Shown piece by piece: positions 13,799-24,338 of a DNA stretch of 32,000 nt. Where the stretch lies: the NCBI GenBank assembly GCA_942493105.1, contig OW818668.1, forward strand, positions 1,080,001 through 1,112,000, given 5' to 3'. The position numbers and the translations under genes were made by a program. The notes beneath the pieces are model-generated. The model did not search any database and had not been told where the DNA came from. It worked only from the letters and a program-made list of their open reading frames with translations. The DNA is from an uncultured Erysipelotrichaceae bacterium (GTDB lineage Bacteria > Bacillota_I > Bacilli_A > Erysipelotrichales > Erysipelotrichaceae). How positions within the stretch are numbered: position 1 is the first letter of the stretch; every line of letters begins with the position of its first letter.

Positions 13799-14664
13799 TT
13801 TAGTGGGATATATCCGGCATGAGCCAATAGGTCTTGACCTTCATCAGTCAAAAGATAATTCACAACTTTTCTAACATCGCTCCCTGCCAATTCTCTCTTA
13901 CGGAAAACCGCATAGTAGGCTGTTTGAATCGGATAGGAATCATTGGCGATGGTCGTAGGGTTAGGATAGATGCCATTGATTTTAAGCAGCTTGACGTCTG
14001 GATTGGTCTTCATATCGGTCACATAGTAATAATATGAATAACCGATCGCATCAGGTTGATTGTCATAATGTGAAACGGAATCCACCAATTCATCCATGGC
14101 TGTAGAGATCCATTCAACAGGAGGATTCATAGGGGTTAATTCTTTCATAACAAGATCTAAAAATCCAGTCTGTGATCCCGAATTCTCAGGTCTTTGCATG
14201 GCCCGTATTTCAACATCTTGTCCACCAACTTCTTTCCAATTGGTGATCTCACCGCTATAGATCTTACGGATCTGATCCAGCGTCAAAGAGTCGACCGGGT
14301 TATCTTTATTCACCAAGAAGATAAACCCTTCTGAAACGATGGGAATGATCTCCAGTTCTACTTTACGTGTTTTAGCCAATTCTGTTTCTTCTGCAGAAGG
14401 ACTGGTCACAAAGATCAAATCTTTCTTTCCATCGATAAGATTCACATAAGCAGGATGCGTTTTATTACACAACACATAAGGTCTGACTTCTTCAATGGTT
14501 TGTTTGATTAAGGTCGCCATTAAGACTTCAGCTAATGGTATCGAAACGGTAGAACAATCAATCCTAGGATAAGTCTCCATTGTAAAAACAGGCCTTATCG
14601 GCGTTTTGGTCAAGGTACAGCCCCCCAACACTATAATCAAGAATCCCAATATTATTTTTCTCAT
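13795..14664 (-). CDS. PstS-family (PBP-like) substrate-binding lipoprotein
   Basis: The track ORF extends to 14796. The internal ATG (complement of 14662-14664) has GAGGTGG upstream and gives MRKIILGFLIIVLGGC (lipobox). LTLDQIRKIYSGEITNWKEVGG...RPENSGSQTGF is typical of PstS-like binding proteins. Confidence 0.75.
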   Translation of the reverse strand: MRKIILGFLIIVLGGCTLTKTPIRPVFTMETYPRIDCSTVSIPLAEVLMATLIKQTIEEVRPYVLCNKTHPAYVNLIDGKKDLIFVTSPSAEETELAKTRKVELEIIPIVSEGFIFLVNKDNPVDSLTLDQIRKIYSGEITNWKEVGGQDVEIRAMQRPENSGSQTGFLDLVMKELTPMNPPVEWISTAMDELVDSVSHYDNQPDAIGYSYYYYVTDMKTNPDVKLLKINGIYPNPTTIANDSYPIQTAYYAVFRKRELAGSDVRKVVNYLLTDEGQDLLAHAGYIPLK

Positions 14665-14862
14665 AATCCACCTCAACAATATTCTACACCTTAATAAAAT
14701 CGTGGCAACTTTTTTGGTGACTTTTGAACTAAATGGCTCACAAAAATCAACTTCTACACCTTGATGATTTATTATCTTTTCTATTCTCAAAATCAATAGT
14801 TAAATAGCACATTACCTTAATAGAATGCGATTTATGCTTGTTTTACCATTTTTTCTGTACGG

Positions 14863-14898
14863 TAGTCTTTGACTAAGGTATGATATGTTTAAAGACTA
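14863..14898. promoter_or_regulatory. inverted repeat in divergent promoter region
   Basis: TAGTCTTT 14863-14870 and AAAGACTA 14891-14898 are exact reverse complements separated by 20 nt. They lie between the binding-protein gene and the kinase gene. Confidence 0.3.
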
Positions 14899-15022
14899 TA
14901 TTTTTAGAATTTTTTAGTTAAGGAAACTGTCAATTCAAAGTAAGGATACACATGATTTTACTTCATATTTCACTCAAATAAACCTTTCAATACAACCATA
15001 ATGGTTAGGAGGACTTAATTCC

Positions 15023-17194
15023 ATGCTGGATATGAGAACGCTTATGATTACCTTTATGGTAAACAGTGTCATCAACACGACTGTATTGGCCATATATTGG
15101 CGACAGAACCGTGAGTATTATAATGGGATTTCTTGGTGGGTTCATGCTTTAATCTTACAAACCATGGGTTTTTTATTGATTGCGGTCAGGGGCATCTTGC
15201 CTGACTTCATCACCGTTGTGGTCTCAAACACGCTTATCGTTATCGGAAGTTTCTTATTGTTAATTGGATACAAAGAGTTTGTTCATTATAAAAATTCTAA
15301 TGTTATCAACATTGGTTTGATTGGTCTATATTTTGTTCTTCAAATCTATTTTACATACACTCTCCCTTCAGCATCCTACCGAATTATTTTAATATCAATT
15401 TTTACATCGCTGATGTTTGCACAATCAGGTCGTTTGTTGTCGAGTTCAAAGAAACATGCTTTTAGTTTATTTACTCGGCTCACCGGTGATATTTGCTACG
15501 TTTATGTATTGGTACAATTGTATAGAATTGGTGTTGAATTATACATCCCGACCACAGATTATTTTAATACAGGTCTGTTGGCTACTTTAGGACAACTGAT
15601 CAATCAGTTCATGATGATTGCCCTTGTTTTTTCATTCATCATTATGGTCAACAATTTGAATCTGGATAAAAGATTGATCAAAGAAAGAGAGCTTGAGGAT
15701 AGTAAACGCAAGCTCATGGATTTTATCGATCATACAAAGGACTGGGAATTTTGGATAAAAAACGATGGTCATTTTGACTACATGTCAAGTTCTGTTGAAA
15801 CAATTACTGGATATAAGGCTTCTGAATTCACACTTAATCCTGCTTTGATGTTTGATATCATTCACCCAGAAGATCTTGAAATCTTCAATCAAAGTTATAG
15901 AGAAGGGACAGTCATGCAATTTAGGATCATTGATAAAACTGGGAACATACACTGGATTGAATCTGTTAGTAAACAGATATTTGATATCAAGGGTTTACCC
16001 AATGGTTATCGTGTCAGCAATCGTGATATAACACAGCGAAAGATACTTGAAGAAGAAATACATGCCAGTAGAAAAAGAGCGGAAGATCTCTACAACGATG
16101 CACCTTGTGGTTATCATTCTTTAAACAAAGATGGATTGATCATCAATATGAATGATACAGAACTAAGTTGGCTTGGATACAAACGCGACGAATTGGTCGG
16201 TAAACTTAGGTTCTTGGATATTACCTCTTCTGAAGGCATCGAAATTTTCCAGGACAATTTTCTCCAATTTCAAGAAAGTGGTATTCAAAACGATGTTCGT
16301 ATTGATTTACTTACAAAAGATGGAAAACAGCTGCCCGTCATCATCAATGCAAAGGCAGTCTATGATGCGCAAGGGAATTTTCTTTACAGTTTGACGACTG
16401 TCTTTGACCGTACTGAAATCAACAGAGTTGAAGCTGAGTTGATTACTGCAGAAGAAAAAGCAAGCTTTGCAAACAAAGCTAAAAGTGATTTCTTATCGAA
16501 GATGAGTCACGAATTAAGGACTCCGCTTAATGCGATTATTGCGCTTTCTGGACTACTGAACAGAACCTTGGTTACTAAAATATCAGAAGAAGAACTAGAC
16601 TATCTTGATATTATACACAAGAGCGGGAATAATCTTCTAGAACTCATCAATGATGTCTTGGACATTTCTCGTATCGAATCTGGCAAAGTTGAGATCCAAC
16701 TTAAAGTATTTGATTTAAATGAAGTCATAAATCAGCAAATAAACTTGATGCGACCGCTTGCCAACAAGAAGAACATCGATCTACTCTGTCATCTGCCAGA
16801 AGAAGAATTATCGCTTGTTAGCGATGAATATAAGATTGTTCATGTCATACAAAACCTGCTTGGCAACGCGATTAAATTCACGGAAAAAGGTCATGTGTCT
16901 GTTTCTGTTAAGAAGACATTAAACAATGTCTTGATCTCAGTTAAAGATACTGGAATTGGAATTGCTGAAGCCAATATCCCATTTATCTTTGATGAATTTA
17001 GACAAGCTGATCAAAATATTACACAACGTTATGGAGGAACAGGATTAGGTCTATCCATCGTAAAGAAATATCTTGATATGCTCAATGGCAATATCCGTGT
17101 TTATAGTACTTTGGGTCAGGGAACAGAGTTTGTCGTTGTACTTCCGTTGGACATCAGTGAAAAACCCATCGAAGAAGACGTTCAAATCGTTTAG
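15023..17194 (+). CDS. membrane sensor histidine kinase with PAS domains
   Basis: AGGAGG SD. About 6 N-terminal TM segments. Two PAS-like regions. H box SHELRTPLNAI. HATPase boxes NLLGNAIKFT, DTGIGI, GGTGLGLSIVK. Confidence 0.9.
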   Translation: MLDMRTLMITFMVNSVINTTVLAIYWRQNREYYNGISWWVHALILQTMGFLLIAVRGILPDFITVVVSNTLIVIGSFLLLIGYKEFVHYKNSNVINIGLIGLYFVLQIYFTYTLPSASYRIILISIFTSLMFAQSGRLLSSSKKHAFSLFTRLTGDICYVYVLVQLYRIGVELYIPTTDYFNTGLLATLGQLINQFMMIALVFSFIIMVNNLNLDKRLIKERELEDSKRKLMDFIDHTKDWEFWIKNDGHFDYMSSSVETITGYKASEFTLNPALMFDIIHPEDLEIFNQSYREGTVMQFRIIDKTGNIHWIESVSKQIFDIKGLPNGYRVSNRDITQRKILEEEIHASRKRAEDLYNDAPCGYHSLNKDGLIINMNDTELSWLGYKRDELVGKLRFLDITSSEGIEIFQDNFLQFQESGIQNDVRIDLLTKDGKQLPVIINAKAVYDAQGNFLYSLTTVFDRTEINRVEAELITAEEKASFANKAKSDFLSKMSHELRTPLNAIIALSGLLNRTLVTKISEEELDYLDIIHKSGNNLLELINDVLDISRIESGKVEIQLKVFDLNEVINQQINLMRPLANKKNIDLLCHLPEEELSLVSDEYKIVHVIQNLLGNAIKFTEKGHVSVSVKKTLNNVLISVKDTGIGIAEANIPFIFDEFRQADQNITQRYGGTGLGLSIVKKYLDMLNGNIRVYSTLGQGTEFVVVLPLDISEKPIEEDVQIV

Positions 17195-17233
17195 AATAAA
17201 CATGATATTTAAAGGATAGAAAGAGGTCGAAAT

Positions 17234-19444
17234 ATGAGAAATAATGCCTATGTCTTTTTACTGGTTGATGACAAATATGAGAATCTGATCATTCTCAAAG
17301 CTTTGATCAAAGAATCATATCCAAATGCAATCTTTCATAGTGCCCTAAATGGAAAAGATGCATTAGAATTAGCTCGTTCAGAAGAACCGGATGTCATCTT
17401 GTTGGATATTATGATGCCAGATATGAATGGGTATGAAGTATGTGCCTTATTAAAAAGTGAACCAGTCCTAGAAGATATACCGGTGATGTTTGTGACTGCA
17501 TTGAACAGTGATAAAGAAACGCGTTTGAAAGCCATAGAAGCAGGTGCTGATGCTTTTCTTCACAAACCCATAGAAAATCTGGAGCTGTTTGTTCAGCTGC
17601 GAACTTTACTTCGCTTAAGAGCCTATAATCTCAGAAAGAAAGGAAAAATTACTGATCTTGAAGGGGATTTGAAAGTAAAAAATATAGAATTGCAGGCCAG
17701 TGAAGAACGCTTTAGACTGATGGTTGAAAGCATTTCTGATACCATTGGTATCACAGATCCTGATGGGATCATCAAGTTTAGAAGCCCCAATAATGAACGT
17801 TTATTTGGAATAAAGCCTCAGGATATCATTGGGAAGAGCTCATTTGATTTCGTTCACCAGGATGATAAAGAAAGATTACGTAATGAATTCTCTGTGTTGG
17901 TCAATGAAGGTAATGATGCGAGACGTAGTGGAGAATTTAAATATTTACGTCAAGACGGTTCGGTAGTTAACGTTGAACTTGAAGGACGAAATATGATGGG
18001 AAATGAGCTGATTGACGGCATACTCTTAACCTTTAAAGATATTACTGAGAAAAAAGTTGCGAATCGTAAAGTTGAAGAAGAATCTGAGAAACTAAAAGCC
18101 TTGGTTGAAAGCACAGATGATTTGGTGTGGATGGTGAATCCGAAAGATTATGGACTTATTCTGTTTAATAAAGCATTATATCGATATTTCGAAACCGGCT
18201 CTGGTATTAAAATAGAAAAAGGGATGCGTCCTCAAGATTTGCTTAAGGCTGATTTTGCCTTAAAATGGAAGGAAATGTATGAAAATGCCCTGCAAAATGG
18301 AGCCTACAAGTTAGATTATGGAACATCAGCATTAGGTAGAATACTGAGACTATCATTCTATCCAGTCAAACTTAGAGATGAGGTCATTGGTATCACAGTT
18401 GTAGGCCAAGATATCACCGATCTAAAACGAAGTGAAGAAAGTCTTCGTAAAGCACTAGTCCAAAACCAAAGAATTCTAGACAATCTTACAGATTCTTATT
18501 TTCAAACAGACTTATCTGGAAAATTAATCATGGTCAACCCCAAAGCCTACAAAATGTTTGCGTATCAATCTATCGATGAAATGATTGGTTTACCCGCATC
18601 ATCACTTTATGCCTATGTAACTGATCGAGATTATCTTATGGGTGAGTTGAGAAAACATGGTAGCTTGAGTGACTACTCATTTCTCGCTTGTCGAAAAGAT
18701 GGCTCTACCTTTTGGGTCTCGATGAATGCTCAATTTTTAAGAGACGAAACCGGAACCATCATAGGAACTGAAGGTCTAGTTCGAGACATCAGCGAACGCA
18801 AGAATTTTGAGGACGAGATTGAAAAACAAAGCGATGATTTAAAGAGTAGCAACAAAAAGCTAAAAGAAAGAATCAATCAATCGGTTAGTGCCATATCTAG
18901 AATTGGAGAGTTAAGAGATGTTTATACAGCCGGTCATCAAAAGAGAGTTCAATTATTGGCGTGTGAAATCGCTCGTGAAATGAATTTGTCTGAAGAAGCC
19001 ATCATTAATATTTCATATGGTGCCTTGATCCATGATATTGGCAAGATCACAGTATCTTCGGATATTCTAAATAAACCTGGTAAAATTACTCAGCTAGAAT
19101 ATCAGATCATACAGACTCATGTTGAACAAAGTTATAACATCGTCAAGGAGATCGATTTCTCTATTGAAGTACCTACCATGATTTTACAGCATCATGAACG
19201 ATTAGACGGTTCAGGTTATCCCAATGGCCTAAAGGGAGATGAGATTACACTGGAAAGTCGAATATTAGCTGTAGCAGATGTTGTTGAAGCCATGACCTAC
19301 CATCGTCCATATCGTCCAGCCATAAGCATCGAGGTTGTATTGAAAGATATTGAGCAGAATAAAGGGATTAAATTCGACACACAGGTCGTTGATGTTTGTA
19401 TAAGTCTATTTAAAGATAAGAACTATCGATTCCTAGATGATTGA
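17234..19444 (+). CDS. response regulator receiver - PAS x3 - HD-GYP phosphodiesterase
   Basis: REC domain (LLVDD...DVILLDIMMPDMNGYE...K). PAS regions. HD-GYP core HDIGK...HHERLDGSGYP. Confidence 0.9.
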   Translation: MRNNAYVFLLVDDKYENLIILKALIKESYPNAIFHSALNGKDALELARSEEPDVILLDIMMPDMNGYEVCALLKSEPVLEDIPVMFVTALNSDKETRLKAIEAGADAFLHKPIENLELFVQLRTLLRLRAYNLRKKGKITDLEGDLKVKNIELQASEERFRLMVESISDTIGITDPDGIIKFRSPNNERLFGIKPQDIIGKSSFDFVHQDDKERLRNEFSVLVNEGNDARRSGEFKYLRQDGSVVNVELEGRNMMGNELIDGILLTFKDITEKKVANRKVEEESEKLKALVESTDDLVWMVNPKDYGLILFNKALYRYFETGSGIKIEKGMRPQDLLKADFALKWKEMYENALQNGAYKLDYGTSALGRILRLSFYPVKLRDEVIGITVVGQDITDLKRSEESLRKALVQNQRILDNLTDSYFQTDLSGKLIMVNPKAYKMFAYQSIDEMIGLPASSLYAYVTDRDYLMGELRKHGSLSDYSFLACRKDGSTFWVSMNAQFLRDETGTIIGTEGLVRDISERKNFEDEIEKQSDDLKSSNKKLKERINQSVSAISRIGELRDVYTAGHQKRVQLLACEIAREMNLSEEAIINISYGALIHDIGKITVSSDILNKPGKITQLEYQIIQTHVEQSYNIVKEIDFSIEVPTMILQHHERLDGSGYPNGLKGDEITLESRILAVADVVEAMTYHRPYRPAISIEVVLKDIEQNKGIKFDTQVVDVCISLFKDKNYRFLDD

Positions 19445-19617
19445 GTATAAAAACCATTGGGAAGAGTGAATATCTATGAGTCAGATATGCATTTTTGATA
19501 TATAAAACACATAGAGTATTTTTGATATCAAACCGAATAATCCCATTTTTGGTAAAAGTGTGATATGATGTGTATCCATGTAGGAGAATCCTACATCCAG
19601 AAAGGTATTGGTTTTAC

Positions 19618-19815
19618 ATGCAAGGCAAAGTAAAGAAGTTTAATAAGGAAAAAGGATTTGGTTTTATCGTTAATAGCGATGGTAAGGAAGTATTCTTCCA
19701 CTATTCACAATTAAAGATGGATGGATTCAAGGATATCCAAGAAAACGCTGACGTTGAATTTGAACAAGTCGAGACAGATCGCGGCTTACAAGCTCAAAAC
19801 GTCACCAAGATATAA
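19618..19815 (+). CDS. cold-shock protein (CspA family)
   Basis: MQGKVKKFNKEKGFGFI...VFFHYS carries the RNP1/RNP2-type motifs. The track ORF start at 19570 is an upstream extension. The 5' leader has hairpin GTAGGA 19580-19585 / TCCTAC 19589-19594. Confidence 0.9.
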   Translation: MQGKVKKFNKEKGFGFIVNSDGKEVFFHYSQLKMDGFKDIQENADVEFEQVETDRGLQAQNVTKI

Positions 19816-19822
19816 GCTCATT

Positions 19823-19850
19823 AAGATTGGCCATAAGCCAATCTTTTTGT
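19823..19850 (+). terminator. rho-independent terminator after csp
   Basis: AAGATTGGC 19823-19831 / GCCAATCTT 19837-19845, followed by TTTGT. Confidence 0.8.
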
Positions 19851-20102
19851 ATGGAAAACCATATTAACCCTGGTCATAGAGAACAAATTTAATATGAACT
19901 TATTGACTATTATGCAGATAAATCCAATAAATGCAATTTTTACATTCATCTTAAATGGTTATAAATTTAGAGCCAGCAAAAAAGATGAAAAGGTGTCTAA
20001 ATCAAGTTTAGGCAAAAGTAAAAGTGGATTGATAATGATGAGTATGCTGTTTTATTTAAGTGTATAATGAACTCAAAAGAGTTAAACACTTAGGAGTAAT
20101 GT

Positions 20103-21038
20103 ATGAGAACTTTGAAAATAATTCTGAGTTTGTTGCTGATGAGTTTAACGTTAATTGCCTGTTCAGCGCCTAAGAAAAATGACAAATGGGACACCCAAGA
20201 AATGGCTGGAATCACAGATCCAGGGTTTTCTGTTGTCAGTAAAAGTAAGACAAATAAGGAAATCAAATTTCTATTTAAAAATGTCGAAGTTGCATCAGCG
20301 AATGAATTTCTAACGGTACTTTATGCTGCCGAATTCAAGGAGAATGTCTATTATAATTTTACCCAAACGTTCTATACCTATTCAGCAGCCAATCCTTCTG
20401 GGAAAAGTATCGATTTCGAATACAATATCGTAGAGAAAACTGCGAGTTTCACCTACTCTTTATCTGGTGGTTCTACAATTGTATCTGGAGTTGTGGATAT
20501 GGGTTATTACATTAGTGCGAAATTTGAAAAAGACTTGGATAATGATAATAAGAATTATACAGCTTGGCTTTATTACAGTATTAACCCAGAAGTGCGTATC
20601 ACCAATCAAAGTGAAAAAGTAGTTTCTTGCATGTTGAAAGACATTAAGATCAAAAGTTCATCACGTTTCGGGTTTCTAAGCATATCCGATGACGTATATG
20701 TTCAGAAGACCATAGTCGAGGCAAATTGTTTGAATCAAGGTTTTATCGATCCAACGTTCATTGTCCGCCAAAAAGCAATTGGCAAGTTCCCTGTTAATAT
20801 CGCTTATTCTGAGAACCAAAAGCCATATTTTGATGCGATGTCGCTTAGTCAGGCAGATTTGACTTTCGTTGTTTCTTTCACTGCTGAAATCAAGACAGAT
20901 AAAGGTACCTACACCAAAGTTTATGAGGTAACTGTTCTTCCTTCTGGAAGTGATGTAACTGGGATGAAAAATCAAGTTTATGATGTGGATAAAAGAATCA
21001 ATGATGTGTCAAAAGGAACTCCTTTTACCAAGAAATAG
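20103..21038 (+). CDS. lipoprotein, function unknown
   Basis: AGGAG SD. Signal peptide with lipobox LIAC. Confidence 0.8.
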   Translation: MRTLKIILSLLLMSLTLIACSAPKKNDKWDTQEMAGITDPGFSVVSKSKTNKEIKFLFKNVEVASANEFLTVLYAAEFKENVYYNFTQTFYTYSAANPSGKSIDFEYNIVEKTASFTYSLSGGSTIVSGVVDMGYYISAKFEKDLDNDNKNYTAWLYYSINPEVRITNQSEKVVSCMLKDIKIKSSSRFGFLSISDDVYVQKTIVEANCLNQGFIDPTFIVRQKAIGKFPVNIAYSENQKPYFDAMSLSQADLTFVVSFTAEIKTDKGTYTKVYEVTVLPSGSDVTGMKNQVYDVDKRINDVSKGTPFTKK

Positions 21039-21357
21039 TAGATTTGATCTCACGATCATGAACAATCATTTTTAATATCATGAAGAAAATATTGGTATGT
21101 AGTATAGGTTTTCAATTCAGTTTTGAGTATTAATAGGAGTTGTAATAGCTTCAATAGAATATGGATTTCAAAAACTTTCATATTCATAAAAATGATGAAT
21201 GTTACAAGATTAACAATACGAAATCGCTTATTAGGATAATATCGACTAATTATCGATAGACAAAGAGATTATAACAAGCGATAATAATGGTATTAGTTGT
21301 ATCGATGTTTTTAAAATAGCCAATCGAGTTTTGTATATATGATCCTTGGAGAACTCA

Positions 21358-24252
21358 ATGGAAAGCTTCAATTTGAATAAAAACGAAAAAAACGAAATCA
21401 AACTTTCGCGTTCAGATGAAAAGTTTAAGTGGCTTTTTGAACTTTCACCTGTCGGAATGGCTTTAATTAATCATCAAACAGGTGAGTTTATTGAAGTTAA
21501 TCAGTCTTTGCTTACAACAACAGGCTATACAAAAGAAGAATTTCTTAAATTGAGCTTTTGGGATATTACACCTCATGAATATAGAGAACAAGAATTACAG
21601 CAAATGAAAGACCTTGAATCTAAAGGTCGATTTGGTCCAAACGAAAAAGAATATATACGAAAAGATGGGTCAAGATTTCCAGTACGTATCAGTGGGTTCT
21701 CATTTGACGATGTGGATGGAACTAAACTAGTTTGGGGAATCATTGAAGACATCAGTAGTCAGTACAGAAGGATATTTAATGACCTTAGAGATGCGTATAT
21801 ACAAATCGACTTATCCTATAACTTAATCTTGGTAAACCCAACGGCTATAAAGATGTTTGGCTATAATACTTATGATGAAATGATTGGATTGAGTGTGGAT
21901 AAATTATTCCTTGATCAAGATGGACTGGAAAAAATACGTGAATATTTAGATAAAAATGATAATTTAAATGATTTCAGTTGCCAATATGTTCGAAAAGATG
22001 GAACGTGGTTTTGGGGTTCACTGAATGTTCAATTAGTAAATGACAAACTTGGAAGTCTAATTGCGATTGAAGGCGTCATTCGTGATATCAGCGAACAAAA
22101 GCGTATTGAAGCTGAGGTAAGTGCAAACGAAGCGAAGTTTAAGACGGCATTTATGACGGGTGCGGATGCTTTTTATTGGGCTACCTTAAAAGACGGTAAA
22201 ATTATTGAAATCAATGATAGTTTTGAATCATTTTTTGGATATTCACGAGAAGAAGCAATCGGCAAAACGTCGACAGAGCTAAATCTATATAGCGAACCAA
22301 GCGATCGAGCAAGAATGATTTCAGAGCTTAAAGAGAAAGGTGTTATTCGAAATTTTGAATTGGTCGGAAGAAAAAAAGACGGCAGCAAAATCTTTGCATC
22401 GCTTTCTTCTAGTATAGTCAACATCAATGGTGAGCATTATAGTCTTGGAATTTTACATGACATAACCGATCGCAAAAATACTCAAGAAACCATTTTAAAT
22501 CTTAATCAAAATCTGCGAACATTATCAGATCGAATGGTTTTTGCAACACATTCAGCGAAACTTGGTATATGGGATTGGGATGTAGTAAACAACGACCTAA
22601 TCTGGGATGATGGAATGTACAATCTCTATAATATCCATCGCAAAGATTTTAATGGAGCGTATGAGGCTTGGATGTATCACATTCATCCTAAAGACAAAGA
22701 AAAAGCAGAAATTGCAATTCAAGATGCTCTACAAGGCATAAAAGACTATAATATTGAATTTAGGATTCTTTGGTCTAATGGATCTGTTCATTACATTTAT
22801 GCGACAGGTCAGGTGTTCTTTGATTCTAATGGGAAACCATTACGTATGGTTGGAATCAATCAAGATATAACTCAAAACAAGAATTTAGAGATTAGCTTAT
22901 ATGAAACTGTGAAACAAAATCAAAGGATTTTAGAGAATCTTCAAGATGCTTATTTTCAAGCTGATCTAAAAGGTGTGTTTACCATTGTTAACCCCATAGC
23001 TGTACAATTATACGGATATAATAGTGCAGATGAAATGCTTGGACAACCAGCCAAATCCTTATATGCTAATCCAATTGACCGAGATATCATGATTGCTACT
23101 CTAAAACAAGAGGGTCAAGTTAAAGATTATACTTGCCAAGGATTAAGAAAAGATGGAACAGCTTTTTGGGTTTCAATGAATGTCCAATTTGTTAAGAATA
23201 ATGATGGAACAATTATGGGGACTGAAGGTGTGGTCCGTGATATATCAAAACGTATTCAAGATGAAAATAAAATAAAACATGAAGTCCAAAGATATGATGC
23301 TCTTATTGAGAGTACAAATGATTGGATTTGGGTAGTCGATTCTAAAAGTTTTGATTTGGTTTTATTCAACTCGTCTGTCGCAGACTATTTCAAAAGAAAT
23401 CATAATATTATTTTGAGACCAGGTATGCCCAATGATGAAATGCTCTCAGAAAGTCGGAGAATATTGTGGAGGCAACTGTACACAAAGGCCATCAAAGAAG
23501 GTAAGTTTTCAATAGAGTATCAGACAGCATCTGAAAATATACACTTTTTGGTTTCATTGGCTCCGGTTGTTATAGATGATTCAATCGTAGGTGTTTCGAT
23601 ATTCGCTAAAGATATATCCAAAGAAGTCCATTATAAAGAAGAGTTAGAAGCAAGCAATATCATGTTATCAAGCAGACTCAATCAAACCATCAATGCCATA
23701 TCAAAGATTGGTGAAATGCGTGATGTATATACTGCTGGACATCAAAGAAGAGTTGCTGAGTTAGCATGTGCCATAGCTAAGGAAATGGGCTTATCAGAAG
23801 AAAAAGTTAACAACATTTATTTTGGAGCATTGATTCATGATATCGGAAAGATCAATATTGCATCCGACATTCTGAATAAACCCGGAAAGATCTCAAGTCT
23901 TGAATATCGTATTTTACAGACCCATGTTGATCAAAGTTTCGATATTGTCAAAGGAATTGATTTCCCATCACAGATCATATCGATGATTTATCAACATCAT
24001 GAGTATTTAGATGGTAGTGGATATCCAAAAGGACTGCATGGTGATCAGATTATTTTGGAAAGCAGAATTTTAACAGTATCTGATGTGGTTGAAGCCATGT
24101 CTTCTCATCGACCTTATCGAGCTGCCTTAGGTACACAGAAAGCACTTGAAGAGATATTAATGAACAAAGGAAAGAAATACGATAAAGATGTAGTAGATGC
24201 TTGCGTTAGATTGTTTATCGAAAAAGGATTTGCTTTTACAACCTATATGTAA
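21358..24252 (+). CDS. multi-PAS (about 6) HD-GYP phosphodiesterase
   Basis: ATG 21358 follows GGAG 21348-21351 (the track starts at TTG 21346). Repeated PAS modules. HD-GYP core HDIGK...HHEYLDGSGYP. The C-terminal ~190 aa are closely similar to those of ORF 17234-19444. Confidence 0.9.
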   Translation: MESFNLNKNEKNEIKLSRSDEKFKWLFELSPVGMALINHQTGEFIEVNQSLLTTTGYTKEEFLKLSFWDITPHEYREQELQQMKDLESKGRFGPNEKEYIRKDGSRFPVRISGFSFDDVDGTKLVWGIIEDISSQYRRIFNDLRDAYIQIDLSYNLILVNPTAIKMFGYNTYDEMIGLSVDKLFLDQDGLEKIREYLDKNDNLNDFSCQYVRKDGTWFWGSLNVQLVNDKLGSLIAIEGVIRDISEQKRIEAEVSANEAKFKTAFMTGADAFYWATLKDGKIIEINDSFESFFGYSREEAIGKTSTELNLYSEPSDRARMISELKEKGVIRNFELVGRKKDGSKIFASLSSSIVNINGEHYSLGILHDITDRKNTQETILNLNQNLRTLSDRMVFATHSAKLGIWDWDVVNNDLIWDDGMYNLYNIHRKDFNGAYEAWMYHIHPKDKEKAEIAIQDALQGIKDYNIEFRILWSNGSVHYIYATGQVFFDSNGKPLRMVGINQDITQNKNLEISLYETVKQNQRILENLQDAYFQADLKGVFTIVNPIAVQLYGYNSADEMLGQPAKSLYANPIDRDIMIATLKQEGQVKDYTCQGLRKDGTAFWVSMNVQFVKNNDGTIMGTEGVVRDISKRIQDENKIKHEVQRYDALIESTNDWIWVVDSKSFDLVLFNSSVADYFKRNHNIILRPGMPNDEMLSESRRILWRQLYTKAIKEGKFSIEYQTASENIHFLVSLAPVVIDDSIVGVSIFAKDISKEVHYKEELEASNIMLSSRLNQTINAISKIGEMRDVYTAGHQRRVAELACAIAKEMGLSEEKVNNIYFGALIHDIGKINIASDILNKPGKISSLEYRILQTHVDQSFDIVKGIDFPSQIISMIYQHHEYLDGSGYPKGLHGDQIILESRILTVSDVVEAMSSHRPYRAALGTQKALEEILMNKGKKYDKDVVDACVRLFIEKGFAFTTYM

Positions 24253-24338
24253 GGATTTCTGTAGATATTCTGATTTAGTTTAATAAATTGCAGCCTCTTT
24301 TAATTTGATCATATTCATTACACAGGAGGATCTCTAAT

